DNA of 64,000 bases from Vicinamibacterales bacterium (GTDB lineage: Bacteria > Acidobacteriota > Vicinamibacteria > Vicinamibacterales > UBA8438): assembly GCA_965197395.1 (NCBI GenBank), contig CBDANB010000007.1:953355-1017354 (forward strand). Reading direction: 5' to 3'. The position numbers were made by a program, and so were the translations under genes. The notes below the pieces were generated by a model. The model was not told the DNA's origin, did no database searches, and was given only the letters and a program-made list of their open reading frames with translations. This document shows, piece after piece, positions 30,920 to 41,508 of the stretch; the stretch's first letter is position 1; every line of letters begins with the position of its first letter.

Positions 30920-32182
30920 TGAGCTTGCCTGGGTTGGGTGGACACCCCACAAGGCGCGAGAATGCGCCGGGAGGTGTTCATGGCCCAACGGAGACGACGA
31001 CGATTCACGGTGGAGTTCAAACAGGAAGCGGTCCGGCTGTGCAAGCAGGGTGACCGCAGCATCGGCCAGGTGGCACGGGAGTTGGACCTGACCGAGTCGG
31101 CGTTGCGGCGATGGGTGCAGCAGTACGAGATCGACCACGGCCACAATCCGACCGGCGCGCTGACCACCGAGGAACTCGAGGAACTCCGAACGCTGCGCCG
31201 CGAAGTGCGCGTCCTGCGAGAGGAGCGAACGATCTTAAAAAAGGCGGCGGCCTTCTTCGCGAAGGAACAGGCGTGAGGTTCGCGTTTGTTCATGCGGAGA
31301 AGGCCACCCATGCGGTGCGGTCTCTCTGTCGGGTGCTCCAGGTCACCCGCAGTGGCTACTACGCATGGGCGAAGCGCCCGCCGAGCCGACGGCACCGTGA
31401 AGACGTCCAGCTGACAGCCCGGATCCGGGCGATCCATGCCGCGAGTCGGGGGACCTACGGAAGCCCGCGGATCTACGAGCAGCTCAGGCAGGACGGGTTC
31501 ACCGTTGGCCGGGAGCGAGTCGCCAGACTGCTGCGGGCCATGGGCCTGATCGGCCTGCCCTGCAAGCGGTTCCGGCGTACCACGGACAGTGCCCACCAAC
31601 ATCCGGTTGCGCCCAACGTGCTCGCCCGTGACTTCGACGCCGCACAGCCGAACGAGCGCTGGAGCACCGACATCACCTACCTCTGGACGTGGGAGGGGTG
31701 GCTGTATCTTGCCGTCGTGCTCGACCTGTTCTCGCGGCGCGTGGTGGGGTGGGCCATCCAGCCGCACCTGCGGGCGGAGCTGGCGCTCGAGGCGTTGCAC
31801 ATGGCGCTGGGGAGGCGCGTCCCAGCGGCCGGCCTCGTCCATCATTCGGACCGAGGGTGCCAGTATGCCGCCGACGCGTACCAGCGCGTCCTGCACGACC
31901 ACCAGATCGTCTGCTCGATGAGTCGGAAGGGCGACTGCTGGGATAACGCCGTCACCGAGAGCTTCTTCGGGACGCTCAAGACCGAGCTCATCCACCGCCA
32001 GCCGTGGTCGACGCGACGCAGGACCAAGGACGCCGTCGCGGAGTACCTCGAGGGCTTCTATAATCCCCACCGCCTGCACTCGTCCCTGGGATACGTCAGC
32101 CCCAACACCTTTGAAAGGAGGCATGCTCGACAGGTGCAGTGTGCAGCATAATCAACCTGTCCACTTTTCCCAGGCAAGATCA
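30920..32182 (+). mobile_element. IS3-family element, copy 2
   Basis: Same ends as copy 1; duplication CAAT. Confidence 0.97.
30980..32151 (+). CDS. IS3 transposase OrfAB
   Basis: Translation identical to copy 1. Confidence 0.95.
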
Positions 32183-32291
32183 CAATCGCTTGCGCCAACC
32201 GCGAACGTCCTTCGCTGCGAACCATGGGTTGAGGCGTTGCATGGAGACCCGAAACGTGACGTGTTGTAGGCAGCGAGGCCGACAGGTTGAC

Positions 32292-33113
32292 TCAGGCGGA
32301 CGTGACTGGCAGTCGCTTCAGCTTCCGCTGGAATGACAAAACTCGTCCTTGACTGTGCAACCTCCGCGTCCGAGACTCCATTGGGTACGGAACGCCGTTC
32401 TGATTCCGAGCATCAAGAAACCGAGCCACAGGCAAGGGGCCAGAACTGCTTTTGAAGACGGGCTCGCACCAGAAGTCAGTATACTGACTGGGGAGCTTCA
32501 CGACGTCAAGGTCGCTGGGAAGGCTTCGTTGCCGGATCGAGGATCCGCCGGGGCTACGACTTGGCGCGGAACAGTGTTCTCCTCCCGCAACTCGAAAAAG
32601 CCCGGCAGACTGAACCGTACGTTATATTGAATCTGGCTTACGGCCAACGTCAGCATCCATGTTGGGACTCTCGCAACGGAATCCGCAAGTGCCTGATACA
32701 AAAAGCGTTAGGAATCTCACTTGCCGATTAAGGCTCCGCTGGGTTATAACTTCGGCCGAACTGGGCGGAGCCAGTTGCCAGAAAGTTGGGGCGCTTGAGT
32801 GCGGCGGATGCAGAACGCACTGGTCGCTCGTCGTCAGACCGGCATTCTGAATGAACGGTTCTTGCAGATGAATTCGATATCGATATGGCGGGGCTGGTGT
32901 GCCCATGCTTCGACGGTACTCGGTTGTGACGGGCGGTACTAAGGACGAGTTGCTGACCGTTTCGAGTACGAGCCCAAGAGCGTCGACGCAGTAGACTTCG
33001 TCACGGACGATCGAGGCTCTGACGTTTGTTTGCTCGGAACACGATGTCGTCTGGGACCGAGGATATCCACGCATCGCGACCACACAGTCGCTGGGCGGGG
33101 AACTGGGCACCAC
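32292..33113 (-). pseudogene. Possible fragmented hypothetical gene
   Basis: Three abutting minus-strand ORFs linked by a shift at a T-run (~32700) and an in-frame stop (~32498). Confidence 0.3.
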
Positions 33114-33479
33114 GAGAGCATCATCACCTGATGCACGCGAGATGGGCGAGGATCAGCGGCGAGCAACGGCTGGAAGACCGTAACTGTGCATGTGCACATC
33201 GAGCCGCCGACCACGTCGAGGTCGAGAGCGAATCCATCGACGCGCGGGCTGGCGTCGCCGGTCGCCGCTTTCGTCGTACGGGTCGCGGTCCTTTCGAACG
33301 CCACGATGGCGGACGGCGCCAGACCGATTCGCTCATCGCGACGGTGGGGGTGGGGCCCCGGCGACAAATCGCGGCGCGTTTCTTGTGCACACAGCGGATC
33401 GGTTGGCGCACTGACGTGCACGGTAGCCTTCCGGCTTGATCAAACCGAGCCGTAACCAGTCCTTCTTGAGGAAGCCTTT

Positions 33480-34373
33480 GTGACACAGTCGGCCGACGAC
33501 CGAGCGAAAGAGTTGCGCGAGTCTGACGGGGCGGACACATCCTCTGTGGGCACCGGTAGTGGTGACAGCGGTGGCGATGTGACCGACGGGGGTAGTCAGC
33601 GTGGCTATTCCCCGATCATTCGGAAGATACTCGACCGCCTCCGTACGCTCGAGATCAAGATGACCCTGATTCTGGCGGCCGGCGGCATTCTTTTATCAGG
33701 GAATTTCTTTTTCAACTACCAGCAATTCGGTTCTGTGAACTCGAGGATTGACGCGCTCCTCGGTCAATTCGCCACGCTCGCAGTGAACGTTGGAAGCAAT
33801 CTGAGCCAGAGCGCGTCGGTGATCTATGGCCAAGCCCAAGGCAATCGCGGAGGTGTTTTTGTCGCGACGGAGCGGATTGAAGGCAGTGATGGCAGAGATG
33901 TATGTCACTCAATTCTCGCGATGATTGATCGTGGGAATCCAACGGTGGACTTGATCGAGCGCGAGTCCGCAGAGCGTAGCGATTGCGACATGGCACCACC
34001 ACTCAACGATGCTCTCCGAGTGGTAGCAAATCAGCAAGGGAACTTGCCGACAGTCACCGTTGGGCAGCTCGTTGAGTCGGTCTTGGCGCTGGGTTTCTGG
34101 GACGACGTCATCGACCAAGAGGAGCGTACGCTTCCAGAAATCGACGTGCCACAAGAGATCGACAAAGACTCAAGCGTGTTGATCACGGCTGGCGATACGT
34201 CAGCCCTGCGGCGTGAACTCCTTAGATGGTATGAAGACCACGAAGGCGACATCGTCCCACCGAGGCGCAGGTCGGTTCAGCTTACCTTGCCGCTCGACGA
34301 CCTGAGCACGCTTACCAGCGTTCTTCACGATTTACAGAAGGAAGTTCTCGAGCCGCTCCCCGCCGCCAACTGA
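33480..34373 (+). CDS. Hypothetical single-TM protein
   Basis: 297-aa ORF in lower-GC DNA; TM MTLILAAGGILLSGNFFF; acidic C-terminus. Confidence 0.7.
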   Translation: MTQSADDRAKELRESDGADTSSVGTGSGDSGGDVTDGGSQRGYSPIIRKILDRLRTLEIKMTLILAAGGILLSGNFFFNYQQFGSVNSRIDALLGQFATLAVNVGSNLSQSASVIYGQAQGNRGGVFVATERIEGSDGRDVCHSILAMIDRGNPTVDLIERESAERSDCDMAPPLNDALRVVANQQGNLPTVTVGQLVESVLALGFWDDVIDQEERTLPEIDVPQEIDKDSSVLITAGDTSALRRELLRWYEDHEGDIVPPRRRSVQLTLPLDDLSTLTSVLHDLQKEVLEPLPAAN

Positions 34374-34483
34374 GTCACTACTCGTTCCAGCCAGACGACC
34401 AGCTCGGAGCGCCGCGCCGACCCCTCGATGCCAGCATCGGAGTGCGTGCGAGTCGAGATCTACCGTGGTCCGTGGGATTGCTA

Positions 34484-35131
34484 GTTGCCGTGGGAGACCC
34501 CCCGGCTTTGCCGGGGCGGCCAGCAGCGTTTGACGTATCCGGGAGTCGCGTGAGGAAACTCCTTCCCGTGAGCCGCACAAGCATCACGAGAAGGAGTCCT
34601 CATGACGACGTACCGAAGTCTCAATCATACGAAATGGCACTGCCAGTATCACGTAGTGTTCATTCCGAAGTACCGGAAGAAAGCGATGTATGGAGGCGTC
34701 CGGCAGCAGCTGGGCGAGGTGCTGCGGCAGCTGGCGCGGCACCGCGAGAGCCAGGTGGAGGAGGGGCATCTGCTGCCCGACCACGTCCACATGTTGGTGT
34801 CGATCCCCCCGAAGTACTCGGTGGCGCAGGTGATCGGGTATCTCAAGGGGAAGAGCGCGATCCACATCGCTCGGGAGTTTGCGGGGCGGTCCCGGAACTT
34901 CGTGGGGCAGCACTTCTGGGCGCGCGGGTATTTTGTCTCGACGGTGGGCCGTGATGAACGGATCATCCGGGACTATATCCAGCAGCAGGAGCGAGAGGAT
35001 CGGCGGCTGGATCAGTTGCCGTTGGACTAGAGCCGCCACCGTCAGGTGGCTCAAGTGACCGCGCAGCGGTCACGTCAGCCGCTTTGAGCGGCTCACAACT
35101 AAAGCCCCCGGCTTTGCCGGGGGATACTTAC
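34484..35131 (+). mobile_element. IS200-type element (tnpA only; ends approximate)
   Basis: Subterminal hairpin CCCCGGCTTTGCCGGGG at both ends; no tnpB. Confidence 0.88.
34602..35030 (+). CDS. tnpA: IS200/IS605 Y1 HUH transposase
   Basis: YHVVFIPKYR, PDHVHM, FWARGYFVST, YIQQQ. Confidence 0.95.
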   Translation: MTTYRSLNHTKWHCQYHVVFIPKYRKKAMYGGVRQQLGEVLRQLARHRESQVEEGHLLPDHVHMLVSIPPKYSVAQVIGYLKGKSAIHIAREFAGRSRNFVGQHFWARGYFVSTVGRDERIIRDYIQQQEREDRRLDQLPLD

Positions 35132-35225
35132 TTAGCCGTGCAGAATCGCCCCCAAGCGGTCCGCCGCATCCTGCTGCATAGACGGCAGCGCGTGCGCGTA
35201 GATCGACAGCGTCATCTCGATCCGC
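35132..35225 (-). repeat. Second copy of the integrase 3' end (94 bp)
   Basis: About 10 mismatches versus 35995-36088; encodes RIEMTLSIYAHALPSMQQDAADRLGAILHG*. Confidence 0.9.
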
Positions 35226-35278
35226 CTGTTGCGTGGTGAGCCACCAAATTGGAGAGGGGGGGGGCGGCCCGGTGTACG

Positions 35279-35959
35279 ATGGCAGTCCTACTCTCCTTTA
35301 CGATGGAATCTGGTGACACGGCGGCTATCCGGGCGCGCATTGATCGAATCCGTCGCCTGGCTGATGACGATGAGGGCGTGACGGAGTACTACGAGGCTGC
35401 CTGCCTGGCACAGTCCGTCATCCACGACACACTTGGCGGCAGTCACCCAGTGATGGCCGCTCTCGTAAACAGCGTTAATTCTCGGCATTACGAGAAAGCG
35501 CGGGCAGCGGCGAGGACTGTAGTGGCGCTCTATGACGAGGGCGCTCTCAAGAGCCCACGGCTCACTATTGCTGGTGAAATCGAGGGCGACATTCTGGATT
35601 TGGCCGAGGGACAAGCTCAGGCAGCCGAGCGGAACAGGGATTCGTCCCAGAAACTCATTCAGCTCGCGATCGCGGCTTTCCTAGCAGGTGCTGCGCTTGA
35701 AGATGCGCTCCGACGCCTCTGCGAGGCGCACGGTGTCGGTTACGATTCTCAAACGTCGACAATATCCAAGCTGCAAGCCGCGCTTTACCAACCATCGAAG
35801 CAGATCGAGTTCATATCGCGGTCAGAGAGTAAACACGTCATTGCGTGGGGCGACACGAGGAACAAGGCCGATCACGGCAAGTTCGCTGACATCACACAGA
35901 CCGAAGTGGTTGCAATGATTCTGGGTGTGCGCAGTCTCATTGAGAAACACCTTCCGTAG
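35279..35959 (+). CDS. HEPN (DUF4145-like) domain protein
   Basis: AGAALEDALRRLC helix and RNKADH (Rx4H) motif. Confidence 0.75.
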   Translation: MAVLLSFTMESGDTAAIRARIDRIRRLADDDEGVTEYYEAACLAQSVIHDTLGGSHPVMAALVNSVNSRHYEKARAAARTVVALYDEGALKSPRLTIAGEIEGDILDLAEGQAQAAERNRDSSQKLIQLAIAAFLAGAALEDALRRLCEAHGVGYDSQTSTISKLQAALYQPSKQIEFISRSESKHVIAWGDTRNKADHGKFADITQTEVVAMILGVRSLIEKHLP

Positions 35960-35994
35960 CCACAGTACTCGTCCCCCAACGGGCTCGTACATGC

Positions 35995-37169
35995 TTAGCC
36001 GTGCAGGATCGCTCCCAACCGCTCGGCAGCATCCTGCTGCATCGACGGCAACGCGTGCGCGTAGATCGAGAGCGTCATCTCGATCCGTTTGTGCCCAAGT
36101 CGCTTCTGGACGACGTGGGCTGGTACGCCCGCCTGGAGCAGCAACGTCGCGCACGTATGGCGCATCCCGTGAAATTTGATGCGTCGCACGCCTGATTCTT
36201 TCAGGAGGCGTGCGTATTCGCGCTGCCCGAGGTTGTTGACCTGGAGCGGGTTCCCGAGTACGTCGTGGTGCCGCTGGAGGTCATTCCATTCCTTCGCGAA
36301 GATCAGCCCGTGGTCGTGATAGTGCTGCCGGTTCCGGAGCTTGATCTCCGCTTGATGCGCCTTGTGCTTCTTGAGCAGGCGCAACGTCTCAACTGCGAGT
36401 TCCAGCATCCGTGGCGCCTTGTTCTTCACTGGCCCGTAGAGCGGCGGCGAGCCCGGTTTGACGAGTTGCCGCTGCACGGTGAGCCGTCCCGCAGCGTCAA
36501 GATCCGACCAGCGTAGGCCGCACAACTCGGCTTTGCGCATGCCGGTGTCCAGCGCCAACGAATAGAACGCGGCCGGCTGCGGTCCAGCGGCCTTCGCGGC
36601 GGCGAGGAACAGCCTGGCCTCGTGTGCCTCCCATACATTCGCCAGCACGTCCTCGTGGCCCTCCGGCGCGTGCGGCCTGTTTTCGGCCAGCGGCGCGACG
36701 TTGCGTTGGATGAGGTCGGCACGGACGGCAGCCTTGAGGGCGCTGTTAAGGATCGCATGGTGCTTCTCTCCCGTAGCCGGAGCAAGCCCGAGGTCGGCGT
36801 GGTACCGCTCTACGTCGAGCGCATGCAGCTCCTGAAGCCGGATCGCGCCGAGCTTCGGCTGGAGATGCCTGGTGATGGCGCTCCTGTACGTCTCGTACGC
36901 CCGGAGCGTCCGCCTTGGTGGTTTGATGGCCTTTTCCAGCCAGATGTCGAGCCATTCGCCGACCGTGACCTTGCTCGGTTCGACGAACGTGCCCTTGTTG
37001 GTGTCGGTGACCAGCTCAGCCAGTCGGCGTTCTGCGTCGCGCTTCGTGCCGCGCACCGTGATCCATTTCTGCTGGCGCGTGCGGCGGCTGGTGTCCGGAT
37101 CGGTTCGGTAGCCAAGGTCGAGCACGATCGACCAACTCCCCTTGTAGCGTTTCTGAGACTGCCCCGCAT
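35995..37169 (-). CDS. Tyrosine integrase, probably frameshifted near the 5' end
   Basis: TGMRKAEL, HGMRHT, RLGH..IYAH; the SD-led ATG at 37169 is out of frame by one base. Confidence 0.9.
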
Positions 37170-37351
37170 GTGTCACCTCCACGACAGGAGGGAAGGGGTT
37201 CGGCGGACTGCTTGATCGTGGATGTACGATTGGGCAGGCCGTCGACCGCTTACCCCGGTTGACGGTTTAGGGGCGTCGGTTCGTGCTAGTAACACGACCG
37301 ACGCTCCGCCTATTATACCGCGTTTCGGCCTATGAACACTGGCCAAAGTCC

Positions 37352-37687
37352 TCATGCCGACTCTTCGCTGTGCGGCGGTAGATTCTCGCGAGACGTCTCC
37401 TTCGGCTCTTCGCCCGTGCGCCGTGTCCGGGCGCGCAGGGCATCCAGCCAGCCGGGATCGTAGGGGTCCGGAGCCGCGCGCCCATGCATCGCCCGTTCTA
37501 GGCGCCTGAGCCTCCGACACGGCCAGCAATGCGTAGGCGGCGTGAAGCCGAGCCGCTGATACAACCGTTGCTCCCCGACCGTCCACGGGAAGCGCCCACG
37601 ACATCGGCGACAGGTGCGTACAGCGCCTTTGGTCCTCGTTGACGGCTGTCGTCGGTCCGATGGGCTCGTGAAACTCACGATCACCAC
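37352..37687 (-). CDS. Small zinc-ribbon protein (zf-trcl-like)
   Basis: CRRCRGRFPWTVGEQRLY..GFTPPTHCWPCR. Confidence 0.65.
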   Translation of the reverse strand: MVIVSFTSPSDRRQPSTRTKGAVRTCRRCRGRFPWTVGEQRLYQRLGFTPPTHCWPCRRLRRLERAMHGRAAPDPYDPGWLDALRARTRRTGEEPKETSRENLPPHSEESA

Positions 37688-39483
37688 TCTGGGGGCATCA
37701 TTCGTTGCCCATCGCCGGCACCAAGGCAGAGCGAGATCAACTCGGGTGCCATCGCCGACCGGCGCGCCTGCAGAGCGGTGACGAGGCCCGCCGTGGCGGT
37801 CGCGTAGTCGTCATGCTCGCCGTTTTGGTGCGTGATCTTCCCGCCCTTCCAGACCAGTCCGAGGAGTGGCTGTTCCAATCGCGGGACGTCAGGCAACACG
37901 ACGGCCTGGCTGTTTAACAACGGCTCGAGGGCTTCGTACAACTGCGAGGTCGTCCTGCTTGCCACCGCGTAGGTGATGCCGGCGTTCTCGAACTGCGCAC
38001 GGAAGGTCAGGCCGGCATAGCGGTCGCCCGTGATCCGCGAGATTCGGTACTCGCGCAACTTGCGCACGAACCGTTCAACGGCCTTGTTGGGGTCGAAGGG
38101 TGGATGCTGACCTTGGTCGAGGAGCACATCGACGACGGCGCGTCCCTCAGCGTCCTCGTGACCGATGGCGATGACGGCGTCGTCCGAGCTGCCGCCGCTC
38201 ATGTCGCCGAACGCTTCGTGGTCGACGCCGACCTCCGGCGGGCGCAATGTGACGCCGCGAGCGATCGCGTCCATGACGGGGCCGGGCTGGAAGGCCGACC
38301 CCTCCGGGAGGCCCGGTAAGTTCAAGTGCAACCGCCTGTACTTGTGTGCCGGCAACCGATGCGCCTGCTGTTCCAAGTAGTGCTCGTCCGCCCAGGACTG
38401 CCTTGATGGGTTTGCCCGCTCCTCCGGCGTCAAGTGCTCAATATCTGATGCCGTGCAATAGTCAGCCGCCCACCAATCGAACAGCATCCTTGGGTCGGTG
38501 CCAGCTTTGCCGACGCGGAACATGTCATATAGGGGGACACCGGGCCTATGGAACATCGACGCGTAGGACGTGATCCACATCTGCGCGTCGAGACGCGTCG
38601 GGTCGAACTGCATGGCCTCGAGGAGGCCCCAGTCACGATAGGCGTGGATCTCATCGAAGGCGCACAGGCGAAACGTCTTTCCGTGGGCGCCTGTGACGTC
38701 CTGGGCAGGCAACACTGTGATGAATCCGCCACCGTCGGTTCGTTCAATGACGTTCCGTTTGATTCTCAGGAACGATTTCAATGCGCGGTTGGCGGCGATC
38801 AGCTTCTTTAACAGGCTGAGGTCGTCGAGCGCCTGCCCTTCATCGTTCGCAAGTATGTACACCTGCGACCCCTGCGGCGACTCGCTCATGACGGCGAAGA
38901 AACAGGCGAGCACAAGATCGGCGGACTTCCAGTTTTTTTGGGTCTATCCGGGTTTCCCAACGCCATTTTGGGGCCTTTCGGGGTTTTTCGTGGGTGATTT
39001 GATTGGAAAGGCCCTGTGGGAGCTCGTGGAAAACGCACAGCGTTTTCCAAGGCACGGTGGGCGCGTTCTGTGCGTCCACGGCGCCGTCAGCTTCCACAGG
39101 GCCCGTCCGTGCGCGACAAGATGGCTCCCAGGGAGGGGGCCCATGCGTGATGTCGAACTGGACCGCTGCGTCCTCGGACTGCAGTCGACCGGCGAACAAC
39201 TATGTTCGCGTCAACACCGTCGACCTGTACACGCCGAACGCTCGATTTACCCCGGAAAGACTGGGATATCAGGTGCTTACGCTATTTGGGAAACTCGGAT
39301 ATAGCCGTTTTTTTTCGCTCGGCCCGACAGTGCAAGGTTGTAACGCGGCCGCTCGTTCTCGTCACGCTCGTCGAAGAACAACGTGAAATTGCGCCGACGG
39401 TACGGCTCGATGTGGTTGAGCAAGGGCGTGCCGTCGATCCACCGGAGGCGTCGGAACACGTCCAGCACTCGCGGCGGCGTCAC
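37681..39483 (-). pseudogene. Terminase large subunit interrupted by MITE-B
   Basis: Restored Walker A-like GRAKKNWKS, Walker B CAFDEIH, nuclease-like DMSGGSSDD and HDDY. Confidence 0.8.
38940..39306 (+). mobile_element. MITE-B copy 1 (367 bp)
   Basis: Ends GGGTCTATCCGGGTTTCCCAA / TTGGGAAACTCGGATATAGCC; 8-bp duplication GTTTTTTT. Confidence 0.92.
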
Positions 39484-39504
39484 GGCAGTCGCTGACCAAT
39501 GGCG

Positions 39505-40943
39505 TCATGATATTTCGCGGCCAGGTCGCGCGATGTGCCGTGACCGCGAGAGCGCCCACGCCAGCGCGCGCAACTCGTCGTCAGCGTCGCTACGCTGCAA
39601 GTCGACGCGCGTGCCCGAAGGACGCCCCAAGTAGGCAGCGGCCAACGCAGGATGTTCAGTGGTGACTCGACGAACGGCCTCTGAGAGCGAAAGACCGTCG
39701 TCCTCGACAACTTCCTTCGAAAACGCCAGCAGTGTGGCGTCCGCATTGTTCACAGCAGACGCCGGAGCGAGCTGCGTGACGCGGTACCATCCAGGAAGCC
39801 GCTGGCCATCCAGGCGTCGAAGCCTCGCGAATTCGTCATCGCCCTGCCCCACGGCCTCTTCGATTTCCAAGGTCATTCCGCCGAACTTCGTATCGTTGCG
39901 GATCGTGACGCGCTGTCCGAGTTTCGGTTCCTCTCAGGGATCGGTGCAGCTTTGGCCGGTTCCATGGCTAATAAGTCAAGCATTGTCATCGACTTACGTG
40001 GCTGGAGAACACCGTCTGTATCTGGAGAGGAACTGCAGGCTCTCGGAAAGTCCGGCCCACGGTACACGGCGGAAATCGCGAGGGGCCTGCCAGTGCCAAG
40101 GGGCTGAACAGTCAGCGAGGGTTCGGCCCAGCGGTAAAACGTCGGCGAAAGTCCAGGCCGCGTTCCACGAGTGTTCATGGTTCGTCGCCCTGTAAATGCC
40201 AGCGCCTCAGCACCTTGAGGTGGGACCGGCTGCCGTCGAGCAGGCCCCCCACCAAAAGCGGGGCCCGCGCAGGCGGCCGTCGACTGAGCGATAGACGACT
40301 TCACCGCTGATTCGCGGGCACGAACACATCCGCAGCCTCTTTCCACGGCGTGGCTGACCTGCTGGGGGCTGAATCGTGCACACATTTGTGTGAGGAACCC
40401 GAGTTTCATTGAGTCCCTCCTTCCAGTGGCCAGCGGGATGGCAAGCTCATCGAGCCCCGTCGCCAGTGTGATCGCCGCCATGCCTTCCAGGAACGGATGA
40501 TTCGTGATCGCCGCAGCGACCAACGTCGTCCCGATGTTCTTGCCGTTCTTCCAGACGTAGTCCTTGATGAACGAGGGTGAGACGTAGCGGTATTCGCACC
40601 TCCTGATCTTGGCCGCAGCGTCTGGCGTCCATTCCACTTCAGCCCACAGTTCGCCATCACTGCCGCGCAACTCAAGGCGCGTGATCCACCCTGCGGCAAC
40701 GCCGTCACCGGGTCTCTTCGGGTCCATCGCGAGGTGGTCGTAGTCGATCGGCAACTGCGTCGGCGCGATAGGCGTGACGGTCATGAAGTTCCCGAGCATT
40801 TGTTCGAGGTCCTGTCTCGTGATCGAGAACCTCCCGTACCGTTTCGACTTCCACCTGCCCGTGCGGGCCACCTGAATCCAGCACCGCATTGCTCCCGCGC
40901 CGAGTGAGAGTGCTGTTGGCCACACATATGGCACGCTGGTCAT
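39505..40943 (-). pseudogene. Mu gpI-like prohead protease with scaffold-like C-terminus, interrupted by MITE-A
   Basis: LPIDYDH, AAGWI, VEWT, YRYVSPSF, AAITNHPFL; removing the MITE joins MKL-GQRVTIR in frame with ORF 39505. Confidence 0.82.
39926..40399 (+). mobile_element. MITE-A copy 2
   Basis: Matches 8256-8729; duplication CGAGTTTC. Confidence 0.93.
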
Positions 40944-41506
40944 GGCTGCGCCTCCCCTTGCTCCGCGCTCGATGCCGCTGTGGTCAGGATCTGGAGCTCG
41001 CTGGTCCACGCCGTTGGGTCGGGCCGCGAACTAGGGTTCCGAGCCGCGAATACGAGGCGCGATAGCAAACGCTGAAACGCCTTGCGCAGCTTGAACTTTG
41101 CGTTGATTGGTGGCGGTGGCGCTCCGCCATGCTGCTTGATGATCTGAGCTAACAGGTTGAACTGATTCGTCAAGGCGAGCACGCCTATGAGGTCATCGTC
41201 GCTTGGCAGCTCCACAGTCAAGCTGCCCACAGCCTCTTCGACCACCAAGCGAAGGCGTCCCGCCTGTCCCTCAAGTACCGCGAGCGCCGCATCTCGTCGG
41301 GTGCGTTCGTCGATCTGAGCTGTCAGGCGTTCGACCTGTTGCTCCAGCGCTGGAATCGTGACCGCGAGTTCGTTGCGTCGGCGATGCGCTGCCGGGTCGA
41401 GACGGCGCCTGACCGTGGTCCATTCCGCCTGTTCTGCGGCGAGATCGGCCTTCGCCCGCTCAAGCTCAGCCTTCAGGTCCGTGATCGTTGGTGTTGGTGT
41501 GTTCAT
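40940..41506 (-). CDS. Hypothetical coiled-coil protein
   Basis: Heptad-like ITDLKAELERAKADL; ATGA overlap with the protease gene; upstream region replaced by IS3. Confidence 0.65.
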   Translation of the reverse strand: MNTPTPTITDLKAELERAKADLAAEQAEWTTVRRRLDPAAHRRRNELAVTIPALEQQVERLTAQIDERTRRDAALAVLEGQAGRLRLVVEEAVGSLTVELPSDDDLIGVLALTNQFNLLAQIIKQHGGAPPPPINAKFKLRKAFQRLLSRLVFAARNPSSRPDPTAWTSELQILTTAASSAEQGEAQP

Positions 41507-41508
41507 CG

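Larger units (their letters stand above)
30025..32242 (-). pseudogene. TetR-like HTH protein interrupted by IS3
   Basis: SLRDVTVVHFLRLAHISRDAFYRKF HTH; removing IS3 gives in-frame MQRLNPW..RKRL-RREYVK. Confidence 0.6.

Noticed and set aside
35030-35959. TnpB/IscB RNA-guided nuclease after tnpA
   Set aside because: The right-end hairpin follows tnpA directly; the next ORF has HEPN, not RuvC, motifs
35132-36088. DGR template/variable repeat pair served by the RT at 22823
   Set aside because: Mismatches are not adenine-specific but mostly synonymous, and the RT sits in a complete group II intron
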